Source: Lepidodermella squamata (taxonomy: Eukaryota; Animalia; Gastrotricha). Taken from it: DNA of 64,000 nucleotides. The DNA lies in assembly GCA_047495785.1 (NCBI GenBank), contig JBLDXI010000020.1:1550001-1614000 (forward strand). Reading direction: 5' to 3'. A program made the position numbers and the translations under genes. The notes beneath the pieces are model-generated. The model saw nothing but the letters and a program-made list of their open reading frames with translations. It was not told the DNA's origin and made no database searches. Of the stretch, positions 49,636-62,900 are shown one piece after another (within the stretch, counting starts at the first letter, position 1; every line of letters begins with the position of its first letter).

Positions 49636-50196
49636 TTTAATATTCTAAATTTAAAGTGCAATTCAAAATGAATATCTACGATCCACGAATATTTATTTAA
49701 TCGTAGGGGATGGGGTAGGTTGAACGATGGACGCTCGAACTTGCATAGAAACGATATTTGACTACGATAAAAGATCAAGTAAGAACAGTATCGTCTTTCA
49801 AATTTCAGTCCAGATATCTAGCAAGAAGAAGGGTGAAAGCTGTCAAGGCGTACTTCTCCGCAAGACAGAAACAGGTTCAATCTTGAACGGGACAAGGGAC
49901 AAGGGACAACTATATAGATGCAAAACTTGAAATACCTGCGGGCTTTTTCCGCCAAACAGCAGGTCACTCGACCTAATTGCAGACAAAAAATAACCTTCAC
50001 TGAAATACAAAAATAATATACATTTCAATTTATTCGAATATTAAAAACAAAATTCTATGAAACCATTATGACTAATTTGCATAACACGCGCTAGCTCGGC
50101 GGGAACGTTCGATGTTTGAGAGTTCGTAGAACGTAGAAGTCGATGATGAAATGGTGAATGGTGAAATGAAATGAAGCAGCCTCTTCTTATGCGCCG

Positions 50197-50230
50197 CTCT
50201 CCCCCACTCTCTCCCTCTCTCTCTCTCCCC
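50197..50230 (+). repeat. (CT)n/polypyrimidine tract in the USPL1/TIMM44 divergent promoter
   Basis: ctctcccccactctctccctctctctctctcccc. Confidence 0.6.
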
Positions 50231-50373
50231 TGTTTTGCACTTCGTCACCGAGGTGATTCATGTGTCGTCATATCTTTAATTTTAACGAATTGACTTTTGA
50301 CTTCAGGCAGAAGTTACAGACCCTGTTGTATTCTATTTATTCTGTTGTTTTATAAGGTTATTACATCCTTCTG

Positions 50374-52021
50374 ATGTCGTTATCGAGAATTAATTTCATT
50401 GTTGGACGCCAGTATGCGCCGGTTGCTCATCGATTTACTCAAGTGAGTCGAAATTCTGTTTAATGTTACCAATAATAATACCTTCACTCTTCATGCAAGA
50501 TGAGACTGGTTGGAACTGGTCGTCAGCCAACAGAGCCGCCTAAAAGTTTTCTCATGCAAATGTTGCAAAATATCAAGAAAGAAATGGAGCAAAGTAAAGA
50601 AATGAAGGTAAGCCGTAATTATACCAATGTTTAAGCGAGTCTATACTGTTTGATTTTCAGGAAAGCTTGTCTAAGTTTCGTCAAGAGAAAGAAAAACTGG
50701 AAAAATCTGATGCTCTTCTGAAAGCGCGAGCAAAATATGTGGGTTATAGTTCAAACCAGATGATTTTTATCATTCTAAAATATATGTTCGATTCAAGGAA
50801 ACCATTGAACGTGAAACAGTGAAGAGTTCCCAGGTATTCAAGGAAAAGCTGGAAGCTGTGAAGGGAAAAATGAAAGAGGTATGACTGCATCTCCTCATTG
50901 AGGTTTATCTACTCCTTGAACTAGACTTTGGAGGAAGCTCAAAAGATGGAGACAATTTCTAGAGCAACGGAATCTATTTCTAAAGCTGGCGAAGCATTCA
51001 GTAAAGCGACCGAATCTGTTAAATCAATAACCCAATCAAGCTCAGTGCAAGCAGTTGCAAACGCTGTGAAGCAAGAGCTAGCCGAAGCCGCTCTACGCCG
51101 TGACTCCACTGTTTACAAAAAGCCTGGTACAAATAACTTCAATGAATCAAACATTTTCTATATTTAACTTCACATAGAGAAGTTATTGATGCGTCAAGAT
51201 TTGGCCCTTATCACAGAAAATAGAACGTTCGAGCCCGATACGACATCAGCCGGAGTTGTCGTTCACAAGGAGTCAAAATGGTTCCAAAGCTGGCAATCGT
51301 TCAAGGAGAACAACGCATACGTAAACAGTATGTCTCTTGTTTTTTATTTCGAGTCTTTTCTAATTTTCTTTTCAGAGCTTTTTGAAATGAAAATGAAGTT
51401 GGATGAAAGCGACAGTGTTGCTGTTCGACTTGGAAGGTCGGTTGCCGATCGATTCACCTCCATGTTTGGATCAGTCTTCCAGCAGAGTGAAATTAGCACT
51501 GTATTAACCGAAATTTGTAAAATCGACCCAACATTTGATCGCGATGAGTTTCTGGACTTCTGCCGCATTGTTATTATTCCGAATATCCTCGAGGCCATTA
51601 TTCGCCGTGATCTACCCGTTCTTAAAGATTGGTGCAACGAATCCCTGGCCAATCTATTCGCTCAACAGATTGATGCGATGAAGCAGCTAGGAAGAGTATT
51701 GGACATGAAAATCTTGGACCTTAGTAACCTTGATGTATGTGAATTGAGTAAGCTGAAATTTGCTAAGCACAATTATTATCGCTTCTTTAGCTCGCTGCTG
51801 GTCGGATGATGGAACAAGGCCCCGTCCTGATCATCACGTTTACAACGCAAGAGGTTGAAGTTATGAGGGATACTTCTGGTAAAATCGTAGAAGGCGATCC
51901 AGAGAAAATTTTCCGCACAAATTATATTTGGGCTCTTTGTCGCAATCAAGAAGACTTGGATCCTCGCACAGCTTGGCGGCTAATGGAGTTGTCATGCCAG
52001 CGAACCGAACAAATGCTGTGA
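50374..52021 (+). CDS. TIMM44: Mitochondrial import inner membrane translocase subunit TIM44; ~8 exons
   Basis: NIKKEMEQSKEMK|ESLSKFR, VVVHKESKWFQSWQSFKENN, LTEICKIDPTFD, IIPNILEA, LKDWC, MMEQGPVLIITF, VEGDPEK, WALCRNQE. Confidence 0.95.
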
Positions 52022-52371
52022 TTCGTTCGCAGCACCAACAACGTTGTTTTTAGTTTCTTCTTTCTTCAAACTAAACTGCTCTATTCAAAGCTGCTATCTC
52101 ATCCGGTTTAAACAACATCAGATAGCAGGTCAAATTCTCCAGTTGTCATGATTAGAGGCAATGTACATCTCTTACCAAAACAACTAAAATTGTTCAATTA
52201 TTTTGAAAATGTCCGAGTTTGTGCCTCGCAGTGTCATGATTGAACTTTTACACAGTGCCCATAAAGTAATTTTCTTAACTTTTTCTCTCCGTTAGGTATG
52301 AATTGAGCCTTTTATTGGCTGTTAAATTCTATATAGTTCTCTTATTCAATTTGATTAAATACTATTGAAAA

Positions 52372-53221
52372 ATGTCCTCCGCCTGGGGTAAGTATTTGCG
52401 ATTTCGACGATAACTCGGGCATCAATGATTGCTTTTATGTTGCAGAAGACTCCTCGACCTCCGGATTCGGTGCGCAAATGCTGCGGCCAGTTGACGTCGA
52501 CGATGACGAGTCGAATCTGAAGGACAATTGGGACGATGAAGACGAGCCTGCGCCCGCTCCCCCTCCGCCAAAACCCGCTGCCAAACCGAAGGAGAAGCCG
52601 AAGAAAAAAGTTGAAAAGGAGCCTATTCAAATTCTAACTGCCGAACAACAAGCTCAACTGAAAATGGAGGCCGAAAAGCGGGTCCGCGAGGTTGATCTCG
52701 AGCTAGCCAAAGAGATGTTAGGCACTAAAATCAACGCTTCCGACGTGTCTTTCACTCCAACAACAGCGGAACAGTTCGATCATCTGAATAACTTTCTCGT
52801 CAGCCTGATTTCGTCTTTATCGGTTCGATTTATTGATTTTGAGGAGTTGTTGTTTCTTTACAATGGTATGGTTAATTTTAGAGTTCGACATATTTCTCCG
52901 ACTTTGCCGAAAAATTCACACGCGACCTTGCTGTTTCTCGTAAGTGATACGCATTAGAACATTTAATCGCAACTAGTTTTTCTTGAAATTTCAGTCGACA
53001 CAGATGTTCTCAAGAGAATGTCTGACGTTCTTGGGGCAGTTTTGACAGAAAAGAACAGAATCAAGCAGCTGGAGAAGAAATCGAAGAAATCTGGTAAGGG
53101 TATCAAACTACGCGTTGGCGATCCAATGCGCGAAACCGGAGAGGAAGATTTGTTCGGCGCTGGTGAAGAAGACGGCGAAGATCAATACGGCCAACTTGAG
53201 GACAAATATGATTTCATGTGA
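52372..53221 (+). CDS. EIF3J: Eukaryotic translation initiation factor 3 subunit J; 4 exons
   Basis: MSSAW|E, acidic LKDNWDDEDE, LTAEQQ..EVDLELAKEMLG, PTTAEQF, EKKSKK..K..LR, C-terminal YDFM. Confidence 0.9.
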
Positions 53222-53600
53222 ACCTTCGCATTCTCCTGTTGTGTTATTTGGTTCGATATATTAGCTTCTCTTCATTCATATTGACGTGTCGTCGTCGCCA
53301 GGATAAATTTGTTATGAAAAATTGGGCCGCGGACAGAGTTCAAACTTATTTTTAACGGGAACTGCATGATAACCGATGTACTGAGTGATCATTAACGGTG
53401 ACTTAACAGAGTCTTCTTCAGGTATTAGATAGGAAGTGCTATAAAATATTTTCCGTGAAAATTGCTTTAATAAAACGCTCTGTCCGGCAAATATGAAATT
53501 CAAGTGTCCAAATACGTTAATGGGTGAAGGTTTTAATTTGCAATAAATACTGACATGTTTTTATGATGATTTAGGTTACCATATTTAACTTACCTCCGCA

Positions 53601-54458
53601 ATGGTGCTCGGTGGATTTGGTTTTATGGATATTAAAAATAAGCATGGACTCAACTACGCCGGCGTCGTTCGCAATGGGGTCAACGGGATATTGATAGGGC
53701 CACCAGGATCTGGTAAAGGAACTCAGTCAGTTCGGCTCGCTCGGCATTATGGCGTGTGTCATCTGGCAACAGGTGACATGCTTCGCGCCATTGCGAAAAG
53801 CGGATCTGAACTCGGCAATCGCGTGAAAGAAGTAATGGACGCGGGTCAACTAGTCAGCGACCACTTGGTCGTAGATATGATCAGCCAAGCTTTGGACAAG
53901 TCCGAATGCGCGAATGGCTTCCTCCTCGATGGTTTCCCCCGCACACCAGTGCAAGCTGAAAAGGTAAGCCTACCAAAATTTAGCAATTTCTAGAAAGAAA
54001 TTTGTAATAATTTATAGCTCGATGAGATGTTGGAAAAGCGCCGGCAAACTTTGACTGCTGTTATCGAGTTCAACATTGCTGATTCTCTGCTAATCCGGCG
54101 AATAACCGGTCGGCTGGTTCACCCGGCGTCTGGCCGCTCTTATCACGTCGAATTTAAGCCTCCTAAGGTTGATATGGTGGATGATGTATGTACCTTTAAG
54201 AATATTTCAAGGACAGTTATACGAGTTTTGCAATTACAGGTCACAGGTGAACCTCTGATTCGTCGCGATGATGACACCGAGCAAACGCTGAAGAAGCGAT
54301 TGGAGGCGTATCACCGGCTCACTAAGCCATTGCTTACCTACTATTCCAACAAGAATCTCCTCAAATCCATTGATGCATCGAAACCTCAGGAAACCGTGTT
54401 TAGCGATATTCTCGCTGCCTTCGGAAAAACTGCAGATCGGGCCAAGGGGTCCAACTAA
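53601..54458 (+). CDS. AK2: Adenylate kinase 2 (mitochondrial intermembrane space); 3 exons
   Basis: P-loop [63 protein letters not shown]. Confidence 0.95.
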
Positions 54459-57152
54459 TTTCACATCGGGTTTTATGGTTTTGTTTGCGATACTGGAGGA
54501 AATAACGATTGCGAATTGAAGTCAACATCTTGATTGTTATACTATTATTTGGCTGATGTTATGTTTGCAATTGATTGCGCAATTTGTAATTTTCTTCCAA
54601 GCAATGCATTCCTATATTCGTTTAAGTGCCGATCGAATAGTATTTCAAATTAATCGGATCATACTCACATCAGTGAGAAAAGGGCATGACAATTAAACGT
54701 ATAATTATATAATGCGGTTTCGGTTGTTTCGGTTTTTTCGAGTTCTTGCTCCAATGATGCTGATGCAAACGCATTGCGTGATAGCTTTTTGGCGAAATTT
54801 ATTATAATAGCTACCTGAACGGAACAGGTGCATTGTTTAAATCGCATTCAAACCTCAATAAAGATACAAATGAACCCTGATTTTGTGACTTATCATAAAT
54901 TTTCTCCATCCTAAGTTATTTAATCGTCGTATCCTGCTTCATGGCGTTGCTGTATGCCGATTGGATCATGGATTACTTATCATGGACATGCAAGGAATAT
55001 TTTGAATGTTTACGATCACAGGTCTGATTTTATATATTTGAGACGCAACTCAAGAAAAGGTCGTATTCTAGCTCCATTATTGCGGAAACCGCCATATTTT
55101 ATATGGCAGCTTAAACAATGGTAATTTATTGGATCGCGTCTCATTTATTCATGAGAAGGGTGATGAGGCGCTTCCTTATTTTCGATGAGGTGACCGAAGT
55201 AACGAAAATTGTTTGTTTTACGCGAATGCGTGAGCTTGAATTTTAGACGGGAATGACCAGAATATACAATTTTAAGTGGTTTCGTTTGAACGGGTTGAAG
55301 AGTTTATTGGCCAGATCGGTTGACGACGATCATCGCGAACGATTGCCACCAAGATATGTCAAGAAACATATCTTCAAGACATTTATTGAAATTGAACTTT
55401 ACTCAAGTTAATAACAGCAGGCGTATATGTTGAAAAATTAACGCCTATATAACACAGTTGGACGCAAAAAGCCATGAGACGTCTCATGCAAAAAGGCAGT
55501 CGTGAAATCGTTCTGCAAAAGCGCAATCGTCGATCGTCCACGAATAATCTAAATTTGGCCTTATTTAACTGGGGGATATATCTATTATCGATCAAGATTG
55601 CACAAATTGCAAAAAATTGAATGCAACCGAGCAACCATGATCGTAACAATCTCAGGTTGTAGAGAAATGAATGTAATCGCGAATACGAATCGCGTCGCAA
55701 ACCGTACGATGGCGACCTGCATTCCTCAGCAATCATAAAACATGAGCATCATTCTGACACCGATGGGCAAAATCAACGTAGTGCTGACAGTCAGACTCAG
55801 TCGGGCTCTACCTTCACCTCAAAGACTTCACTGTTCACTTAATTAGGGTCCAAGCTCCCAAACTCTTGACGCAGTTTCTTCGTTACGCAGTTTAAAGTTT
55901 CTTCGTGGCAAAGATGAGTCAGCTTGCCTATGAAGCTGCTGTTATCTCATTGAGTGACGGATACAATTCTTATGGAGAAGGAACTGAAAGGAGAATAGAA
56001 AAATGTAGCTCAATTCAGAAGTCAAAATCAACTCGGGCGAAACCTGCCCCTGAAAAATGAGTGAGTCATCGATGAGAAACCATGCGGCAAATTTATCCAT
56101 CAATAAATCCAAATATTACAAAATAAATATTTTAATAATTAATTTTACATCGGAAAATTTATTTTTTGTTATTTTTGTCAAAATGACCGATTTTTCAGGC
56201 TGTTGCTAAAGTGTTTTGCCTTCGCGTTCGATATGGTCGCAACCTATCTGCCGGGTGATGGTGTCGTGGGATTAGGTTGTTCTTGGGTTCCTGGTCCCAA
56301 TTTCGTTTGCTATGTTGTGGACCTCATGATCTTTTGCCGCGGGACATTCAGTCCCGTGCCATTTCCAAACTAGAAGTCGGATTCAGTTTTGCGATATTGC
56401 GTTGTCCTTCTTACTTGAAAATCACCTGAGAAGTGAGAAGTACCGCTATGCATTCTGACTGCTGACATTATTCATCAATTTCCCTCTTAAAAGGGGACGA
56501 CGGTCGACTGATATGGGTTGCTACTTTGATGCAACCACGCTGGCTCATGGCTCAATTTCTGAATGAACGGAGGCTCTTGCGAAAACCGAAATTACTTGGT
56601 TGTTTTAGAATATCAAGAGATGGTGGCATATTCGTGTTATTTACCGCTCCATATTATTGCTCAATCGTAGTGTTTGATCTCCCTGAGCTGTGAGTTGTCT
56701 GCTGCTCGTTGCTCATTGATTAAACGGAAGCTAAAAACTTATTTTCTATGACCAGTATATAGCTGCTGTTATTTATAAGTAATTTCCTAGCAAACTACGC
56801 TAGTTGCTAGTAACTAGCAACTACTAACGCATATTTGAATATTATCTGCTATCCGCTTGAAGTTGAATATGCATCTTTTTATTATGGGTGTTGCCGGAGA
56901 CTTTAAAATCCAAACGTGGTATGCTCTATACTCTCGGTCAAGCATAAGCTGCTGTTTAATTTCATGTTATAACACACGGGCTAAGGGCTAAGGTATTGAG
57001 ACATCTGTAGTGCTCGTTTCAAGGGCTTCAATACGATTATATTCGAAGTTTGATAAATCTCGTGGTATTTCTAGCATTCTCAATTTTGTTTTAACAATGC
57101 TTCCATGTTTACCTTGATTTAGATCCTCTCGTTACCCATTGTAGGGTTTTCT

Positions 57153-59997
57153 ATGTCGTCGAACAACACTCAGTCGCGGCAGAACTCTGCTGCGGCTGGT
57201 GGACATCAGGCAGGTGCATCTGGTCCGTCATCTCAAATGACTCAACCCGGACAACCAGCTCAAACATTGCAGGGTGCTGCTGGGGCATTGACTCAAAATG
57301 CCCAGGGTGGAAGCCAAGCCCCAACCTCGGCAAATAACCAGCCGGTGATGCTCGTTGGATCCATGTACAAAGTAGGCAAAAAAATTGGCTCCGGTAATTT
57401 CGGTGAACTTCGTCTGGGTAAAAACCTTCACACGAATGAACACGTGGCAATAAAATTGGTAAGAACCCCGTCAATCAAAGAATTTATCGTCAAGTCGGCC
57501 TTTTTAGGAACCTATGCGATCTCGAGCTCCCCAATTACATCTCGAGTACCGGTTCTATAAAATGCTTGGTGCAGCAGGTTTGATATTAAATATGACATGG
57601 GAGATATGTTAAGTTGTTATCAATTTTTTCACGTAGCCGACGGTATTCCGGAAGTGTATTATTTTGGTCCGACGGGTAAATACAACGCATTGGTACTCGA
57701 ACTTCTTGGCCCTAGTCTTGAAGATCTGTTCGACCTTTGCGGAAGAAGATTCTCGGTGAAATGCGTATGCATGGTTGCTATCCAATTGGTAAGTACTCAA
57801 TATTTTTCAGTCGAAAGAGGGATTCGTTGATAATTGTTAGGATTTCACATTTTATAAGCCGACTTATATCGATCGGGAATGGGCCTAAATGTGCACAAAT
57901 ATAATTTCTAAAGTATCTCATAACTAGCGGCAAATTTTCTTCGAGCTGTTATAGCTGTTAATGCTCTGTGTGATTCTCCAGTGACTCCTGCTATAGCTCT
58001 ACGGTAATTATGCCATCAAAATGCCTTAAGGGTAGACCTAATTTTTCTAAGATTTGATTGTTTGCGTTATCTCAAGCACCTAGGTGAAAATTGCATTTAT
58101 GCTGCTTAGGAAGATAATAGACTTTTGACTAATCGCTAGGAGTAACGATCAATACTTAACGAGCGTGGGCTGCTGCAAGAAAAGCCGGCGGTGCTTTCAG
58201 TGTGCATTTTATAGTTTTTTATATTTATCACCTAAGCGGCGCTATTATATTTTAACACCGGTAGCACATCTTTGCTCTTTACGCCGGTTGGCAGGTTTAT
58301 GTTTTTGGTAACAAACTCGATAAGAATCAGTTGTTGAATTTATTATGCACGAATTGATAATGGGATCGAACTTATATTATAGATCACTCGAATCGAGTAT
58401 GTCCATTCGAAACATCTTATTTATCGAGATGTCAAGCCTGAAAACTTCCTCATCGGCCGGCAATCTACTCGGCGGCATCACATAATCTATGTGATAGACT
58501 TCGGCCTCGCCAAGGAATATATCGACCCAGACACGCACCGTCACATTCCCTACCGGGAGCATAAATCGCTAACCGGCACTGCTCGGTACATGAGCATAAA
58601 CACCCATCTCGGCAAAGAGCAAAGTCGACGCGATGATCTCGAAGCCTTGGGACACATGTTTATGTATTTCCTTCGCGGCTCGTTACCCTGGCAAGGGCTG
58701 CGGGCTGACACGCTGAAAGAACGGTACCAAAAAATCGGCGACACCAAACGGGCGACTCCTATCGAGGTGTTATGTGAAGGCTACCCGGAGGAGTTCGCGA
58801 TATACCTGCGATACGCCCGGAAGCTCGATTTCTTCGAAGCACCCAATTACGATTATCTTCGCGGTCTTTTTACCGATCTGATGCGTCGTAATCAATGGGA
58901 CGCCGACTGGGACTTCGATTGGACAAGTAAACAGCCGGCATCCAGTTCTACTCAAGAAGCGTCTGCTGCGACAATGAATGCGGATAGGGGACCAAGATTC
59001 CAACAGCCTGCAGCGCCAGCCAATAGGGTTCGCACTATTGATCAGACATTGTTAATCAAGTTCTGAAATTTTTCATTTATTTTAGGGTGGCCCTGCTGCT
59101 GGACCCGGTCGACCAGGAGATGTCCGCCTTGAACCTCGCAACACTCAGCTTCCCCCTGATCGCTTCGGTGGATCAGTCCAGGTATGTATCTTCGCTTTGT
59201 AATCCTGACCCCTTGCTCGCATTTTGTACCTGGTATTGCGTAGACACAGTAGATGTAGTTTTTTGTTTCGAACCGTTGTTATTTTATGTTATTTCCTCAT
59301 AATTTGAGACGCCCAATTCTCGTATTCATCTGCAACCTGGCAAAGTAAGTCGTCGAATGCCTGCTGCTCCGTAACCAAAGAATTTCACCCCAATGAATCG
59401 CGCACGTAGCCTAAATTTTCACACGTTTGACCCCGAATAAACGGTGATGGTGTTAATATTTGAGATGTAAAAGATAGCTTACAAGTGCGCGAGAACTCTT
59501 TCAAGATTTCACCCCGGCTTGCGCTTACATCTACTCCTCCCGAATGAAATGACGGCGCATTTCATCGATTGATTTTTCATCGATTTTCGTTGTCTTGTGT
59601 CAAACAGGTCATGGCTTCTACAAACGGTGAAATAGGGCCATCTGACGATCCAACCGCAGTCCACTCTAACGCCCCAATCAATGATCGCCGAGAACGTGAA
59701 CAAGACACTGGCGATGAAACTAAGTAAGTTGCCTGTAACATCTACCTAGAATTAAGGGTCATTCTCTTTCGATAAGTAGACGTAGAAGTGCTACTTCGAA
59801 GTTTTTTCGAAATGTTTTCAAGTAGGTTTTATATTGGGTTGAATGGGTGTGAATTTGAGCGGTAGCGGGAATTTTATGAATTAAATGAAAAATTAAGGTG
59901 GATTTTTTATTTTTGCTATTTTTGTAATTGTAGATGCTGCTTCTTCCGTCGGCGCAAAAAGAAGCGTACAAGATCGACAACTCGGCGACCGCACTGA
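57153..59997 (+). CDS. CSNK1G: Casein kinase I gamma (gilgamesh-like); exons approx. 57153-57458, 57508-57577, 57637-57788, 58383-59027, 59086-59181, (59309-59344), 59608-59723, 59934-59997
   Basis: [22 protein letters not shown]|[47 protein letters not shown] and the C-terminal [13 protein letters not shown] palmitoylation/basic motif diagnostic of CK1-gamma. Confidence 0.96.
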
Positions 59998-62900
59998 TTA
60001 TTACTATCGAATTCATGCTGCAATCGAATACCAGAAACCCGTCGCTTCTCTTGTCGTCCTAATTATTTTTTAGCCTTAGATCGCTTTCGCGCGGCTGCTC
60101 GATTTATCTCTCCTTCTCATCAGCATCATCATTACTCATCGTCTTTAATCCAGTCAATCACCTCACGTCGTTGTCGCACGAGTGAGGGCGGCCTCTCTAC
60201 TCGGGCGCATGAGTGAAATGAGAGCGAACACAGTTGGCGTGAAAAAGTGGGCGCCGCGGCTGCTGTTTTCTGCATCAGCGATGTGACTTTCATTGTGTAT
60301 TATTCGTTGTACAATGTCTTAGTTGGAAAACTATCTATATGAATATATTATTATTATTATAAAACAACTCGAAATATTATATATAATTATGATACCAAAA
60401 CGATGCGACGTCGGCAGATAACTTCTTCTCACTTTTCCAATATAACATAGGTAAAATGTGTCCCTCATCGTGCGCTCTATACGTTCTTGTCTTCTGTCGA
60501 CAAAAATGTAATAAATAAATACTATATCCGCATATTATTTATAACAATAATAATAACAATACTTTCTCGCGTTTTTCCTAAAAAACAGAAGGCTAGCGCT
60601 GTTTGCTGATATTTTTCGGCCAATCTTTTTTACTAATAATGATAATAATTGCTTTTATAGTAGCCAATGACGTCGTATTATTGCTATTTTGATAAATACA
60701 ACACAAAACAACTTACGTAAGATATGTATTGCTTCATATACCGCCGTTACAAGAAAGACGGGCGGAAAAAATGAGACGGATGATCAAGGGATACGCTAAG
60801 TTCCGTATTATGTACCTATTTTCGTGTTTATATGTCTATGTGCGCCGAGGATAAATGTTGTTATAAGCCGACTAGCAGCAGTAGTAGTAGTAGAGCTGAC
60901 TCCGAAATCGCATTTACTTCTTCTTCTTCCGTGCCGTGCTGCAATGCCTCAATGATTAGGCTGCTGCTGGCCGCGTGCGCGGAGATTTTGTTGTTGAATT
61001 TGTTGTTCTCGCCACGCACATCACGATTTTTGCCGGCGCGGGGCGGTTATTTGCTGCCCTTCGCCTTTGCGTTATTAACTGTACAAAAATAGAAAAAGAT
61101 AATTCAGAAATATTGCGGTCATCATTCTCGGACAGAATAAGTGGAAGCCTCTTCGCGATCCCATTCGTGTATTTCTCGGTCTTTCTTTCATTTGAAAATT
61201 GAAACAAAAAATGATTATGATATACTTATATGAAAAAAGTTATCGAAAGTTATATTATTGCGACATGTGCATGGGAAGATAAATCAGAACTCTCGCTCTG
61301 TGATGCGCGTGTGCATTTTACTTCAGCTCTATAATATTATATTATTATTATTTATCTTGACTTGTTTTTTGAAAGAAAAACTAGAAAGCCTCTGCTGTGC
61401 GTGTGATGGCGATGGGTTGAACGACGGCAATCAATAAAGTACCACACGCATTCGCGCTCACATTGTAGGAATCGAATCGAATGTGGAAAAAAGCATTCGC
61501 TTGAGTAGCATCTTAATCTAGCAGACGAGGGATACAAATCCAATATACATATATGTGTATAAACACACGCAAATGTTATAAAAAAAAAGCTTTCCGAATG
61601 CTGCATGCGTACCAGTTTAGAAAGCTGAACCGTTTCCATGCTCTGCTTTCCTGTGACTAACTGCATTAAATATTATATCACTGTTCTTGTAGTCGTTATT
61701 TGTTATCTTCAACTCAATGTTTTAACTCGGTCACACGCTCATAAATTCGGAGAAATAAAATTGATCAGATATCTGTCTTGATTAAATATATTTAACTATT
61801 ACGATTCAACCCGGACAACCATTTTTTGCAGTCTTGCCGCCCTGCAACCAATAATAATTTATTGCTATGTACGATTATTAGGGACAAGCCATCTTTTACC
61901 TTACATTGTCATGATATATATATTGAAATAATAATATTAATTATATTATAGTTTGTTTTCACTGCGAGTCATTCTTTTCTTTGAGATGTGCAACTTTGAT
62001 TACGCTAATAAAGAGAAATATTTATGATGCGAGATGAAAAAGCAGAGCTGCTAGTTGTTATCCGTGGCGACCTGACCTCTTGCGTGTCGCTAGTCTTGCC
62101 TCGAATTTTCATAGCTGCTCTTCTAACATCACAAGCGTGTGTGCGTGTGAGACGTCGCTTCGTACATTATTATTATTATTATTATAACATCCTATGTGAA
62201 GAAACATCATATTTCAAATTCGTTCTGTTGCCGTGTAAATATTTTGTTTCTTACATGTGCTATTATTTTGCTGCCCTTTCCGCACTGTGTTGATTGTTTT
62301 TCTATATGAACTATTTAATATTATAATTATTGCATACTTACCTTCTTATACGCTACTGATACGATCAACGCGAATCAGTATAAAACGTCATCGGACCCTC
62401 CTTTTTTTCGGATGAAGTGATTGGTTATACGTGTCTGGATCAATATTTTAGTCTTCTACCAATATTCTTGTTTTCTATACTTGAATTTTTTGACACGTAT
62501 AACGCGCGATAGATACTATATATATTTATTACTTCCTCGATGACACTTTTCAGAGTCGATGTACTCGTTGTCCTGAATCCCGCGCGCGCGCACACACGCT
62601 TGTGTTGTTTTTTGAAAACTAGTTGAAGCCTGCGGCCATGTTGTCCGCGGAATTGACTACCTAAACGCTCTAGCTTGTTTACTCATCTCGTAAAACTTGA
62701 TTACTTCCTGAAGTCAAACGATTGTTGGCACTTTCTGCGGAGAATTTCAGCCCGTGAAATGAAAATTGAGCGAGATTCTCGCGCTGTATATTACAACTTG
62801 TAAAATGTGAATACCTATATAATGAAAATATCGACTATATAGTGAGGATTATCGCTTTTCTGTTCGAGAAATGTGTAATAATGATGATCATATCGTTCTT

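Noticed and set aside
52291-52336. AG|GTATGA zero-length exon (recursive splice site) upstream of EIF3J
   Set aside because: The resulting intron would be 41 nt, shorter than any supported intron here; single instance.
53326-53498. Short inverted repeat GGACAGAG...CTCTGTCC in the EIF3J-AK2 gap as a MITE
   Set aside because: Only ~8-11 bp of complementarity and no clear target-site duplication.
302-59933. In-frame stops breaking conserved proteins, suggesting a variant genetic code, readthrough or pseudogenes
   Set aside because: Every break I examined is explained by a short canonical GT-AG intron. I saw no U12-type donors.
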